Origin: Lachnospiraceae bacterium
GTDB taxonomy: Bacteria > Bacillota > Clostridia > Lachnospirales > Lachnospiraceae
Assembly (NCBI GenBank): GCA_022791815.1
Contig: JAAVZU010000006.1
Span: 15,186-79,185 of the forward strand
DNA: 64,000 bases
Direction: 5' to 3'
The position numbers and the translations under genes were made by a program. Position 1 is the stretch's first letter. Every line of letters begins with the position of its first letter. Below, one piece after another: positions 38,467 through 48,295 of the stretch. Below the pieces are notes generated by a model. It did no database searches, was not told the DNA's origin, and saw nothing but the letters and a program-made list of their open reading frames with translations.

Positions 38467-40710
38467 TTATTTTACAGATAAATCCGTCTTCTGACCTTTT
38501 GCACAGCGTCTTCGGTTTTTAACCTTTTTGGCATTATAAGATATATCATTGTAAATAAAAGTTTCTGTATCTGGAGATAGGGCAGTACCGAATACAACGT
38601 AGTCCTCTCCAGTAAGTGTAATTGCTTTTACACCACGGCTGCTACGTTTTAGCTGGGATACCTCATTTAGTTGGAAACCAAGAGATAAACCATCTTTTGT
38701 TAGAATAATAACCTTTCTGTCATCAGCAAGAATATCATTGGCAGATAACTGGGTGATAGAAACAATCTTATCCCCCTGTTCTAATTTTGTTGAGGCAATT
38801 ACGGAACGATTCGTTTCAAATTCTGCTCCAGATACTAGTTTTATAAATCCATTTTTCGTAGTAAATAAGAGCATACTGTCAAATAATTCTTCAAAACTAA
38901 AATAAGCAAGTACTTCTTCTCTTTCCAATTTACATAAGGAATGGATTAAGGTTCCTTTATCTTTTGCTCGGCATTTTGGAAGGTTCATGCCTTTTACCTG
39001 ATACATATTTCCTTCTGTGGTAAACACACAAAGCTTATCTGTATTTTTCATGGAAATAGTAAAAGAATGTTCTGCTTTTGTCGTTTCACTGGTCCTTCCA
39101 TAAGTGGTAGCATCTAATTTTTTTGTATAACCAAATCGGTCAATTAAAATATAAAGTTCTTCTTCTTTTACCTCTTCCACATAACTTTCATTTTTGGTAT
39201 TTGTAAGAAGTGTTTTTCTTGGGGCAGCAAATAATTTCTTATATTCACGAAGACGGCTTTTGATTACTTTGTAAAGTTCTTTTTTATTGGATAAAATAAT
39301 TTCATATTTTTGAATATTTTCTGCAAGAGAGTCTCCTTCTTCATGAAGTTTTAAAACTTCTAAACCAATTAATTTGCTAAGCTGCATAGAAAGAATAGCA
39401 TCTGCCTGTCGTTCTGTAAAATCAAGAGTCTGGGCAGTTTTGGAAGATGCTTTGCTTTTGAAATTAATATCTGTGATATCTCCATGCATAAGGCAGGCTT
39501 TTGCCTGTTTGATGGAGGTACTTCCACGAAGAATTTCAATAATCAAGTCAATTAAATCTGTAGCACGAATTAAACCATTTACAATTTCAAGCCGTTGTTT
39601 TGCTTTTTGAAGAAGATGTGTATACTCTTTTGTATATAATTCTTCTTGAAAAAGTACGAACTCCTCAATCAGAGATTTTAGATTAAATGTAATTGGTTGT
39701 TGCTCCTTGACTGCAAGAAGATTTACCGAATAAGTATCTTCTAAGCTTGTCTTTTTGTAAAGACCATTTAGCAGGTTTGTAATATTACGGTCTTTTTTTA
39801 CCTCTATAACAATACGGATACCCTCCTTAGAAGATTCATCTCTTACATCATAGATTTCATCAAATACCCTGTCTTTCATGAGAGTAGCAAGATTTTCTAC
39901 AAGTTTTGACTTATTTCCTGCTACCGTATAAGGAATTTCAGAAATAACAATGTTTTCTCTTCCGGCATCACCTTTTTCGATATTCACTTTCCCACGAATT
40001 TTTAATTTGCCTTCCCCAGTACGGTAAATGTTGGGAATATCGGATTGGTTTACAATAATACCCCCTGTTGGAAAATCTGGAGCAGGAATATATTCCATAA
40101 GTTTCTCAATAGAAATAGAAGGTCTGTCCATATAGGCAATCACTCCATCAATAACTTCAGATGGATTGTGAGGCGGTATATTAGTAGCCATGCCTACTGC
40201 AATACCTGTAGTTCCATTAATAAGTAAATTAGGAAGTATAGCAGGCAGAACAGAGGGTTCTTTTTCGCTTTCATCAAAATTGGGTATAAATTCTACCAAA
40301 TCCTTATCCAGATTGTCAAGCATAGTCTTTGCACCAAGAGAAAGACGGGCTTCCGTATATCGCATTGCGGCTGCACCATCTCCATCAATAGAGCCAAAGT
40401 TACCATGCCCATCCACAAGAGGAATAGATAAAGAATATTCTTCTGTCATGTGTACCAAAGCATCATAAATGGAACTGTCACCATGTGGGTGATATTTACC
40501 CATAGTATCACCCACAATACGGGCACTTTTTCTATGTGGGCGGTCAGGAGCAAGACCTAACTCACTCATAGCATACAAAATCCTTCGTTGTACTGGTTTT
40601 AAACCATCCCTTACATCTGGTAAGGCACGGGCAATAATTACACTCATAGCGTAATCACGGTAAGAATTTTTCATCTCTTCTGAAAAATCAATTTGAATAA
40701 TATTTTCCAT
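38467..40710 (-). CDS. parC: Type IIA DNA topoisomerase subunit A (topoisomerase IV ParC-like; a second GyrA paralogue cannot be excluded)
   Basis: [21 protein letters not shown] and active-site [10 protein letters not shown]. 747 aa, shorter than typical GyrA. No GyrA-box (QRRGGKG) seen in the C-terminal beta-pinwheel. Confidence 0.85.
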   Translation of the reverse strand: MENIIQIDFSEEMKNSYRDYAMSVIIARALPDVRDGLKPVQRRILYAMSELGLAPDRPHRKSARIVGDTMGKYHPHGDSSIYDALVHMTEEYSLSIPLVDGHGNFGSIDGDGAAAMRYTEARLSLGAKTMLDNLDKDLVEFIPNFDESEKEPSVLPAILPNLLINGTTGIAVGMATNIPPHNPSEVIDGVIAYMDRPSISIEKLMEYIPAPDFPTGGIIVNQSDIPNIYRTGEGKLKIRGKVNIEKGDAGRENIVISEIPYTVAGNKSKLVENLATLMKDRVFDEIYDVRDESSKEGIRIVIEVKKDRNITNLLNGLYKKTSLEDTYSVNLLAVKEQQPITFNLKSLIEEFVLFQEELYTKEYTHLLQKAKQRLEIVNGLIRATDLIDLIIEILRGSTSIKQAKACLMHGDITDINFKSKASSKTAQTLDFTERQADAILSMQLSKLIGLEVLKLHEEGDSLAENIQKYEIILSNKKELYKVIKSRLREYKKLFAAPRKTLLTNTKNESYVEEVKEEELYILIDRFGYTKKLDATTYGRTSETTKAEHSFTISMKNTDKLCVFTTEGNMYQVKGMNLPKCRAKDKGTLIHSLCKLEREEVLAYFSFEELFDSMLLFTTKNGFIKLVSGAEFETNRSVIASTKLEQGDKIVSITQLSANDILADDRKVIILTKDGLSLGFQLNEVSQLKRSSRGVKAITLTGEDYVVFGTALSPDTETFIYNDISYNAKKVKNRRRCAKGQKTDLSVK

Positions 40711-40750
40711 AATCTATACCAAAACTATAAAAGTATCCTTTCTTGTAATT

Positions 40751-40880
40751 ATTCAGGTAGAAACACGCATTTACTGCGTGTTTACGTAGCAAAATGTAAA
40801 TTTTGATTGTTCTAAGCCCTTCGCTGAAAGCGAATTTCCATGGGCTTAGAACGTAAGTGTTCATGGTTCTGAACAGTTAC
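40751..40880 (+). repeat. Family-1 three-hairpin repeat, full copy (A-B-C) between parE and parC
   Basis: ATTCAGGTA-GAAACACGC-atttact-GCGTGTTT (40751-40783). TCTAAGCCC...[TTCGCT-gaa-AGCGAA]...GGGCTTAGA (40811-40850). GTAAGTGTTCA-tggttc-TGAACAGTTAC (40853-40880). Confidence 0.88.
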
Positions 40881-40930
40881 CCTTTCTTAATAAATATTTA
40901 ACAACAGAAATATAATTGCCAAGATTTTTA

Positions 40931-42898
40931 TTAAACATCCAGATTTGCATATTTTGCTTCTTCCATAATAAATGCACGACGAGGTGGAACATTACTGCTC
41001 ATAAGAGTTGTAGTGATTTCATCTGCTTCCACAGTATCACTAATGGAAACTTGTGCAAGGATTCTGGTTTCTGGATTTAAGGTAGTTTCCCAAAGCTGTT
41101 CTGCGTCCATTTCACCAAGACCTTTGTACCGTTGGACATTAAGAAGTTTATTTCCTGGAATTTTTTTGAATTTTTCCAGTTCAAAATCATTAAAAATATA
41201 TTGAGACTTTTTGGTCTTTTTACGTCCTGTTTTCTTTTTTGATGAATCAGTCTTTTTCGTATCATTTGTTGTCTCATATTCTACACGATACAGAGGTGGA
41301 AGACCACGGTAAATCTTACCTTCTGTAATTAGCTGCGGCATAAAACGATAGAAAAAGGTAAGAAGTAAAGTGCTAATGTGTGCCCCATCTACATCGGCAT
41401 CTGTAAGAATAATAATTTTATCATATCGAAGTTTGGTAATATCAAATTCATCTCCAATTCCACATCCAAAAGAAGCAATCATGGATTTGATCTCATTGTT
41501 TAGAAGAATTTTTTCAAGGGAAGCTTTCTCCACATTTAAAATCTTGCCCCTAAGAGGAAGAACGGCTTGTGTCTTACGGTTTCTTGCTGTTTTTACGGTA
41601 CCACCTGCGGAATCTCCCTCCACAATATAAACTTCACATTCTTCTGCTTTTTTGGAAGAGCAGGAAGCAAGTTTACTGCGGGTATCCACATCATGAAGCT
41701 GCTTTAATACAGCATTTCTCGCTTTATCGCTGGCTTTTCTGGCATTATATGATTTCATGGAATTTTCTAAGATGCAGCGAAGAACTTCAATATTTTTATC
41801 AAAATACCGCTGGACTTCTGTAGAGAATACATCATCTACTGCACTTTTTGCGTCTGTATTGCCAAGTTTTGTTTTGGTCTGTCCCTCAAACTGTGGGTCA
41901 GGATGTTTGATAGAAATAATGGCGAAAATGCCATTACGAATATCTTTGCCATCAAAGTTTTCGTCTTTATCCTTTAATATGCCAAGTTCCCTTGCATAAA
42001 GATTCATTACTCGGGTAAGTGCAGTTTTAAAACCAGTAACCAGAGTACCACCATCTACCACATTGATGCGGTTGCAAAAGGCATTAATTTGTTCTGAATA
42101 ATTATTGGTATATTGAAAAGCAACCTCTACCTCAATATCACCACTTTTCCCCTCTATGTAAATAGCATCTTCATGTAAAACTGTTTCTTCACGGGTCAGG
42201 TAACGGACAAAACTCTGTATACCAAATTCTTCCTGATAAGTAATCTCTTCATCTGTATATTCATTTTTGAAAGTAATCTGTAGATTTTTATTCAAATATG
42301 CAATTTCTTTTAATTTTTTCTTTATAATTTCACTTTTAAAAACTACAGTTTCAAAAATACTATCATCTGGATAGAACGTAACAGTAGTACCAGTGTCTGA
42401 CTTTTTGCAGGTGCCAATTATTGGTAATTGTCCTTTTACCAGTTTGGTAACAGGATGACCACCGTTTTCATAAATATCCTGATATATATTCCCATCTCTT
42501 CGGATCTCTACTTTCATTTTGGAAGAAAGAGCATTCACAACGGAAGAACCTACACCATGCAGACCACCAGATACCTTATAAACGGTGTTATCAAATTTTC
42601 CGCCAGCATGAAGAATGGTATAAACCACACGTACAGTTGGAATTTTCTTAGTTGGGTGTAAATCCACTGGTACACCACGACCATTATCTTTAATGGTGAT
42701 ACCTCCATCTTTTTGCAGGGTAATATTTATTTTTGAACAGAATCCTGCCAAATGTTCATCAATACTATTATCTAAAATTTCCCAAATTAAATGATGCAAA
42801 CCCCGTTTGCCAGTACTTCCAATATACATACCTGGTCTCTTACGGACAGCTTCTAAACCTTCTAAAACCACAATCTGGCTTCCATCATATTGTCCCAT
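40931..42898 (-). CDS. parE: Type IIA DNA topoisomerase subunit B (ParE/GyrB family ATPase)
   Basis: GLEAVRKRPGMYIGST, HHLIWEILDNSIDE (GHKL ATPase) and Toprim EVYIVEGDSAGG...DADVDGAHI motifs. RBS GGAGG upstream. Confidence 0.88.
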   Translation of the reverse strand: MGQYDGSQIVVLEGLEAVRKRPGMYIGSTGKRGLHHLIWEILDNSIDEHLAGFCSKINITLQKDGGITIKDNGRGVPVDLHPTKKIPTVRVVYTILHAGGKFDNTVYKVSGGLHGVGSSVVNALSSKMKVEIRRDGNIYQDIYENGGHPVTKLVKGQLPIIGTCKKSDTGTTVTFYPDDSIFETVVFKSEIIKKKLKEIAYLNKNLQITFKNEYTDEEITYQEEFGIQSFVRYLTREETVLHEDAIYIEGKSGDIEVEVAFQYTNNYSEQINAFCNRINVVDGGTLVTGFKTALTRVMNLYARELGILKDKDENFDGKDIRNGIFAIISIKHPDPQFEGQTKTKLGNTDAKSAVDDVFSTEVQRYFDKNIEVLRCILENSMKSYNARKASDKARNAVLKQLHDVDTRSKLASCSSKKAEECEVYIVEGDSAGGTVKTARNRKTQAVLPLRGKILNVEKASLEKILLNNEIKSMIASFGCGIGDEFDITKLRYDKIIILTDADVDGAHISTLLLTFFYRFMPQLITEGKIYRGLPPLYRVEYETTNDTKKTDSSKKKTGRKKTKKSQYIFNDFELEKFKKIPGNKLLNVQRYKGLGEMDAEQLWETTLNPETRILAQVSISDTVEADEITTTLMSSNVPPRRAFIMEEAKYANLDV

Positions 42899-42930
42899 TT
42901 TATAACCTCCATATTATTTCATGCTATTTG

Positions 42931-42978
42931 TACTGTTCATAATTCTAAACAGGTAACTGTTCAACCATGAACAGTTAC
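42931..42978. repeat. Family-1 repeat: tandem hairpin-C modules just upstream of parE
   Basis: Degenerate TACTGTTCA-taattc-TAAACAGGTA followed by the perfect GTAACTGTTCA-acca-TGAACAGTTAC (42954-42978). Confidence 0.7.
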
Positions 42979-43151
42979 AATATTACTATTATTCCAGATT
43001 ATTTACAACTGTTAGCATAACATAAAAAAAGAAAAAATGCAAACGAATGTTCGTTATTTTTTTTATTTTTTTGTATAACAGTAGTTACTGTTCACTCACA
43101 AGCTTGACACTTGCTGTAAAGCTATGTGCCGAGAATATAATACGGTAACTA

Positions 43152-43196
43152 ACAGTATAAAACAGTTGACAACAGTTATATGCTGTTATATACTGT
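43152..43196 (+). promoter_or_regulatory. Promoter with ACAGTATA/TATACTGT operator half-sites (second GntR/ABC module)
   Basis: TTGACA (43166-43171), 17-nt spacer, TATACT (43189-43194). ACAGTATA at 43152 and TATACTGT at 43189 are inverted, and ACAGTTATAT-GC-TGTTATATACTGT lies in between. The half-site matches the operator at 1563-1594. Confidence 0.55.
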
Positions 43197-43217
43197 TTAT
43201 AGATGGAGGGAAAGAAT

Positions 43218-43589
43218 ATGCATATTATAATTAATCACTCGTCCATGGTGCCAATTTATGAACAAATTATGGATCAGATAAAAAAATCAATAGTAAATGG
43301 AACTCTTAAGGCAGATGAGATTCTGCCATCGGTAAGAAGTTTATCAAAAGAGTTAAAAATTAGTGCCCTTACCGTAAAGAAGGCATATGACAATTTAGAA
43401 GCAGAAGGATTTACCGTTACAGTTCATGGAAAAGGGACTTTTGTCGCAGCTGCCAATACACAATTTTTAAAGGAAGAACAGATAAAAGAGGTGGAACAAG
43501 ACTTAGAGAGAGCAGTTTCAAAAGGAAAGAGATATGGAATGGATAACAAAGAAATCCGAGAATTATTTAATATGATTATGGAGGGATAA
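43218..43589 (+). CDS. GntR-family (YtrA-like, short) transcriptional regulator, paralogue of 3134..3499
   Basis: MVPIYEQIMDQIKKSIVNGTLKADEILPSVRSLSKELKISALTVKKAYDNLEAEGF HTH. 123 aa from ATG 43218 (GGAGGG upstream). Confidence 0.88.
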   Translation: MHIIINHSSMVPIYEQIMDQIKKSIVNGTLKADEILPSVRSLSKELKISALTVKKAYDNLEAEGFTVTVHGKGTFVAAANTQFLKEEQIKEVEQDLERAVSKGKRYGMDNKEIRELFNMIMEG

Positions 43590-43590
43590 T

Positions 43591-44442
43591 ATGCTTGAAG
43601 TAACAAAATTAAAGAAAAATTATGAAGGATTTTCTCTTGATTGTACTTTACAAGTAGAATCTGGATGTATTACAGGATTGGTTGGGAAAAATGGGGCAGG
43701 TAAATCAACAGCATTTAAAGGTATTTTAGGATTGATTTCTAAAGATAGTGGAGAAATTAAAATTTTTGGAAAAGATATAACAAATCTTACAATAGAGGAT
43801 AAACAAAAAATAGGTGTTGTTTTATCTAATTCCAGTTTTAGCGGCTATCTTGACATAAGGGCTATTATAAATATTTTAAAAGCAGAGTATAAAGAATTTG
43901 ACAAACAAGAATTCTTAAATCGTTGTAAGCATTTTGAATTGCCAATGAAAAAACAAATCAAAGAGTTTTCTACAGGAATGAAAGCAAAATTAAATGTTCT
44001 TATAGCCTTATCACATAAGGCAGAATTATTGATATTAGATGAGCCAACTTCTGGATTAGATGTAATTGCAAGGGAAGAAGTACTGGATATGTTGCGGGAG
44101 TATATGGAAAGGAATGAGAATTGTTCTATTTTGATTAGTTCCCATATTGCCTCAGATTTAGAGAAGTTATGTGACCAGATATATATGATTCACAATGGAA
44201 CAATAATTTTGCAGGAAGATACAGATGTGCTGCTTGACAGTTACGCTTTGTTAAAAACTACAAAAGAAGAATACCAAAAATTGGATAAGCAATATCTGTT
44301 AAAAGTAAAAGAGGAAAGTTGGGGGTATAGTTGTCTGACAAATCAAAAACAATTTTACACAGAGAATTATCCGAATATTGCCATTGAAAAAGGTAATATT
44401 GACGATTTGATTTTTATGATGAATGGAGGGGAAAGCGCATGA
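43591..44442 (+). CDS. ABC transporter ATP-binding protein
   Basis: Walker A GKNGAGKST, signature FSTGMKAKL, Walker B LLILDEPTSGLD. Start overlaps the GntR stop region. Confidence 0.9.
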   Translation: MLEVTKLKKNYEGFSLDCTLQVESGCITGLVGKNGAGKSTAFKGILGLISKDSGEIKIFGKDITNLTIEDKQKIGVVLSNSSFSGYLDIRAIINILKAEYKEFDKQEFLNRCKHFELPMKKQIKEFSTGMKAKLNVLIALSHKAELLILDEPTSGLDVIAREEVLDMLREYMERNENCSILISSHIASDLEKLCDQIYMIHNGTIILQEDTDVLLDSYALLKTTKEEYQKLDKQYLLKVKEESWGYSCLTNQKQFYTENYPNIAIEKGNIDDLIFMMNGGESA

Positions 44443-45083
44443 AGGGGTTATTTATAAAGGATTTAGAAATAGCAAGAATGCAAAAGAAGTTTTTTGTAAT
44501 ACTTTTAGTAATGGCAATATTTCTTAGTAGTATTTCTGGTGCTGATTTTGCCATAGGATATTTGACTGCCTTATGTGCCATGTTTGTGATTACTACGGTG
44601 AGTTATGATGAATTTGATAATGGTTATGGCTATTTAATGACACTGCCAATACAACGGAAGGATTATGTAAAAGAAAAATATTTGTTTGGTCTGGTACTTA
44701 CTCTTTTTGGATGGTTTTTAGGCACTGCAATTGAGTTTATTCATAACCAGAAACAGACATCTGGAACAGAAATATTGTGTGCATCTATAATAATGCTTTC
44801 TGTAGGACTTGGTATGGCTGCGGTGATGCTTCCTTGTGTTTTTAAATTTGGTCAGGAAAAAGGCAGGTATATGTTTTTTGGAATAGGTGGCGGAATTTTT
44901 GGGATTGCATATTTTTTAAGAAAGGCAGTTCCCGAAGCTGGAAATATTTTTTCTGATATTATAAATAAATTGTCAAATATGAAAATGACAACGATATCTT
45001 TCTTTATATTGCTTGTGGTGCTTTTCATTTATATGATTTCCTGCAGAATAAGTATAAGAATAATGGAGAAGAAAGAATTTTAG
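44439..45083 (+). CDS. ABC-2-type integral membrane protein
   Basis: ATGA start/stop overlap with the ATPase gene. Six predicted hydrophobic helices. Confidence 0.7.
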   Translation: MKGLFIKDLEIARMQKKFFVILLVMAIFLSSISGADFAIGYLTALCAMFVITTVSYDEFDNGYGYLMTLPIQRKDYVKEKYLFGLVLTLFGWFLGTAIEFIHNQKQTSGTEILCASIIMLSVGLGMAAVMLPCVFKFGQEKGRYMFFGIGGGIFGIAYFLRKAVPEAGNIFSDIINKLSNMKMTTISFFILLVVLFIYMISCRISIRIMEKKEF

Positions 45084-45106
45084 TAAGTAAAACAGAATTT
45101 GTTAGG

Positions 45107-45135
45107 ATTGACAAACGAAAATCTGTGATGTATAT
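45107..45135 (+). promoter_or_regulatory. Sigma-A-type promoter upstream of dapL
   Basis: TTGACA, 17-nt spacer, TATATT. Leaves a ~140-nt leader containing two stable hairpins (45167-45213 and 45215-45237). Confidence 0.45.
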
Positions 45136-45283
45136 TTTTATAAAAGAGAAAGGCATATCAATGGCAGGCACACAGAATTGTATTTTGTCAGCGAAGCTGA
45201 CCTGTGTGGTGCCACAAGAATGCTAAAGGCGTTCTTGAATTTGTTAAGAAACCCAGAGAAAAGTCAAATATCAGGAGGACATT

Positions 45284-46501
45284 ATGTTTCAGATTAATGA
45301 GAATTATTTAAAATTACCTGGAAGTTATTTATTTTCCAATATTGCTAAAAAAGTAGCAGCATACAAAGAAGCGAACCCAGATAAAGATGTAATTTCTTTA
45401 GGAATTGGAGATGTTACACAGCCATTAGTTCCTGCTATTATTAAAGCACTTCATAGTGCCGTAGATGAGATGGCAGCAGCAGAGACTTTCCGTGGATATG
45501 CACCAGATTTAGGATATGAATTTTTAAGAAATGCTATTGCTGAGAATGATTACAAGGCAAGAGGATGTAATATTAGTGCAGACGAGATTTTTGTCAGTGA
45601 TGGTGCAAAATGTGATTCTGGTAATATTCAGGAAATTTTTGCAAAGGATAGTAAGATTGCAGTATGTGATCCTGTCTATCCAGTATATGTGGATACTAAT
45701 GTAATGGCAGGCAGAACAGGTACTTATGATAAGAATACAGAGACATGGAGTGATGTTATTTATATGCCATGTACTGCAGACAATGGATTTGCACCAGAAC
45801 TTCCAAAAGAAAAAACACCAGATATTATTTATTTATGTTTCCCTAATAATCCAACAGGATCTACGATTACAAAGAGCCAATTACAGGAATGGGTAGATTA
45901 TGCAAATAATAATGGAGCTGTAATTATTTATGATGCAGCTTATGAAGCATATATTTCAGAGAGTGATGTTCCACATTCTATTTATGAGTGTGAAGGAGCA
46001 AGAACATGTGCAATTGAACTTAGAAGTTTTTCAAAAAATGCAGGATTTACTGGGGTAAGACTTGGATTTACTGTTATTCCAAAGGAATTAAAAGCAGGCG
46101 AAACTAGTTTACATGCATTGTGGGCAAGACGTCATGGCACAAAATATAATGGAGCTCCATATATTATCCAACGTGCTGGTGAAGCAGTTTATTCTGAAGA
46201 AGGAAAAACACAGCTTAAAGATCAGGTTGGTTATTATATGAATAACGCAAAGGTTATCAAAGAAGGTTTGGCAAATGCAGGTTTTACCGTTTTTGGCGGG
46301 GTAAATGCCCCATATATCTGGTTAAAAACACCAGATAAAATGAATTCATGGGAATTTTTTGATTACTTATTAGAGAATGGCAATGTAGTAGGAACTCCTG
46401 GATCTGGATTTGGACCAAGTGGAGAAGGATATTTCCGTCTTACCGCTTTTGGCAGTTATGAAAATACTTTAAAAGCAATGGAGCGTATTCAAAAATTATA
46501 A
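45284..46501 (+). CDS. dapL: LL-diaminopimelate aminotransferase
   Basis: [25 protein letters not shown]-terminus and PLP lysine in [15 protein letters not shown]. 405 aa, typical of DapL. Confidence 0.9.
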   Translation: MFQINENYLKLPGSYLFSNIAKKVAAYKEANPDKDVISLGIGDVTQPLVPAIIKALHSAVDEMAAAETFRGYAPDLGYEFLRNAIAENDYKARGCNISADEIFVSDGAKCDSGNIQEIFAKDSKIAVCDPVYPVYVDTNVMAGRTGTYDKNTETWSDVIYMPCTADNGFAPELPKEKTPDIIYLCFPNNPTGSTITKSQLQEWVDYANNNGAVIIYDAAYEAYISESDVPHSIYECEGARTCAIELRSFSKNAGFTGVRLGFTVIPKELKAGETSLHALWARRHGTKYNGAPYIIQRAGEAVYSEEGKTQLKDQVGYYMNNAKVIKEGLANAGFTVFGGVNAPYIWLKTPDKMNSWEFFDYLLENGNVVGTPGSGFGPSGEGYFRLTAFGSYENTLKAMERIQKL

Positions 46502-46510
46502 TTTAACCGA

Positions 46511-46682
46511 GAGTATTCACGGCCTTAAGCATGAACTAAGTCTTATGTAAGCCGAAGGCTTAGAAATAAAGACTTAGTCATGCTTAATAGGTCAATGGAC
46601 GATGATTGCAGACAGATGACACTGTCAAGCGGTTCCTAGCTGCAATAGCAACGGTCTGCAATATAAGTCGTGAATAATTGAG
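46511..46682. repeat. Nested palindromic intergenic element (outer stem TATTCACG/CGTGAATA enclosing two long hairpins)
   Basis: Hairpin 1 is TTAAGCATGA(A)CTAAGTCTT...AAGACTTAGTCATGCTTAA with inner TAAGCC-gaa-GGCTTA. Hairpin 2 is ATTGCAGAC...GTCTGCAAT. The arms recur at 23371 (ACTAAGTCTTATG) and 59398 (ATGATTGCAGA). Confidence 0.7.
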
Positions 46683-46841
46683 ATTTATATAGATTTTATA
46701 AAGAAAAAAGGACATGCTGTTATACAAAAGTATATAGTAATGTCTTTTTTTTCTTTAAAGGAACAACTTGAAAAATACTGGGAATTCAGTATAATAATTC
46801 AATAGAGATAGTGAATATGAAATTTGCATGGAGGAGAAAGA

Positions 46842-47357
46842 ATGGGAAATAGCCAAGAGAATGTAGGTAAGACGCAGGAAAAGAAGGCGGAAATACCTAA
46901 AAAAAAAGAATTGAATGATGTGGCAAAAGAAAAAATATATCAAAAGATTCTGGAGTTGGATAAAAGTGTAAAATCTATTGAACAATATGAATTATATGTG
47001 TTTGTATACAAAAATATCATACAGAAAGCAAAAAGGCTAGAGGGGTATAAAGACTCTGCTGCGTATCAGGAAAAGTATGAAAAGCTGTTAGAAAAAATGC
47101 AAGAGACAGGAAGAGAAGAAATTTATCAAAAAGCTTTAGAACTAAAAAAGAATGCAAAAAAAGCAGAAGATTTGCAATGGATCCGAAAAGAGGTGCGTCG
47201 TATACCTGGTTACAAGGATATAGATACCATTGGTGAATGGTGTAATACAATGCAGGAGAGTATGGAAAAGAGAGAAAAAAGAAACGCATGGATCCGGTTA
47301 TTTATAATTGCTCTTGTAGCTTCTATAATTGTTTTAATTGGAAAATTATTACTATAA
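46842..47357 (+). CDS. Tail-anchored coiled-coil protein of unknown function
   Basis: Lys/Glu-rich helical body with repeated (E/P)GYKD(S/I) motif and a single C-terminal TM (LFIIALVASIIVLIGKLLL). ATG 46842 follows GGAGGAG. Confidence 0.65.
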   Translation: MGNSQENVGKTQEKKAEIPKKKELNDVAKEKIYQKILELDKSVKSIEQYELYVFVYKNIIQKAKRLEGYKDSAAYQEKYEKLLEKMQETGREEIYQKALELKKNAKKAEDLQWIRKEVRRIPGYKDIDTIGEWCNTMQESMEKREKRNAWIRLFIIALVASIIVLIGKLLL

Positions 47358-47450
47358 ATATGGTAATTTTAGTTAAAACAAAGGGTTGTATTCTATAAAA
47401 AAAACATTTAGAATAAAAGCAGGAAGTTTGGATATGGAAGGAGTAGCAGA

Positions 47451-47744
47451 ATGGCAAATATTATTTCAGATGAAACAATAGAATATGTAGGTATTCTGGC
47501 AAAGCTGGAATTGTCAGAAGAAGAAAAAAAACAAGCAAAAGAAGATATGGGAAGTATGCTGGATTATATCGATAAATTGAATGAATTAGATACTTCAGCA
47601 GTGGAGCCAATGTCTCATGTATTTCCAGTGCATAATGTATTCCGTGAAGATGTAGTGGTAAATGAAGATGACAGAGAAAATATATTAAAGAATGCACCAG
47701 AGCAAAAAGATGGTAGTTTTGAGGTGCCAAAGACTGTGGAATAA
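47451..47744 (+). CDS. gatC: Asp-tRNA(Asn)/Glu-tRNA(Gln) amidotransferase subunit C
   Basis: 97 aa: [16 protein letters not shown]...[13 protein letters not shown]. Lies upstream of gatA/gatB. Confidence 0.9.
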   Translation: MANIISDETIEYVGILAKLELSEEEKKQAKEDMGSMLDYIDKLNELDTSAVEPMSHVFPVHNVFREDVVVNEDDRENILKNAPEQKDGSFEVPKTVE

Positions 47745-47786
47745 TAAAGGAATGCATTCTTTTCAATGGGAAAGGAGTGGGGTTAT

Positions 47787-48248
47787 ATGGGTAAAAGAGA
47801 TGAATTAGCAGTAAATCGGCCTTGGTTTTGTCCAGTATGTGGTGGTGAGATGAAACCGTTGTATGCAGGAATTTATGAATGTAAAGAGTGCAAAAAACAA
47901 GAATATGATGATTTCGGAAAAGTACGTGCATATATTGAAGAACATGGAAAACAACCTGCTGCTATATTAGCAGAGGAAACAGGTGTGGCAGTGGAGACTA
48001 TTGAAATGTTTCTTCGGACTGGAAGATTGGAAATTCCAGAAGGTTCAGATATCTATATTTCTTGTGAACGTTGTGGATGTGATATTCGTTATGGAAGGTT
48101 TTGCAGTGATTGTATGAAGGTTTTGACAGGGGATATGAAGAGAGCTTTTTTTAATGAGGCAGTTGGTGAGAAACCAAAGTTATCATCAGGTAAAAAAACA
48201 ACTGGAAAGATGCATACCATAGATTGGATAGAGAAAAGAAAAAATTAA
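47787..48248 (+). CDS. Double zinc-ribbon protein with central HTH-like segment (YvyF/TIGR03826-like), inserted between gatC and gatA
   Basis: CPVCGG...CKECKK and CERCGCDIRYGRFCSDC flank VRAYIEEHGKQPAAILAEETGVAVETIEMFLRTGRL. ATG 47787 follows AGGAG; an alternative ATG is at 47766. Confidence 0.7.
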   Translation: MGKRDELAVNRPWFCPVCGGEMKPLYAGIYECKECKKQEYDDFGKVRAYIEEHGKQPAAILAEETGVAVETIEMFLRTGRLEIPEGSDIYISCERCGCDIRYGRFCSDCMKVLTGDMKRAFFNEAVGEKPKLSSGKKTTGKMHTIDWIEKRKN

Positions 48249-48295
48249 GCGACTATGTCTCGTAAGCGAGGCATCATCATGTAGGAGGAAAAAAA

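Noticed and set aside
38467-42898. Calling the topoisomerase pair gyrB/gyrA
   Set aside because: The A subunit is only 747 aa, no GyrA-box was seen, and the pair is not next to dnaA/dnaN/recF. It is labelled ParE/ParC-like, but this needs phylogenetic confirmation.
4773-42978. CRISPR array interpretation of the recurring hairpin repeats
   Set aside because: The copies are kilobases apart, in both orientations, of variable module composition and separated by genes. There is no regular repeat-spacer periodicity anywhere in the window.
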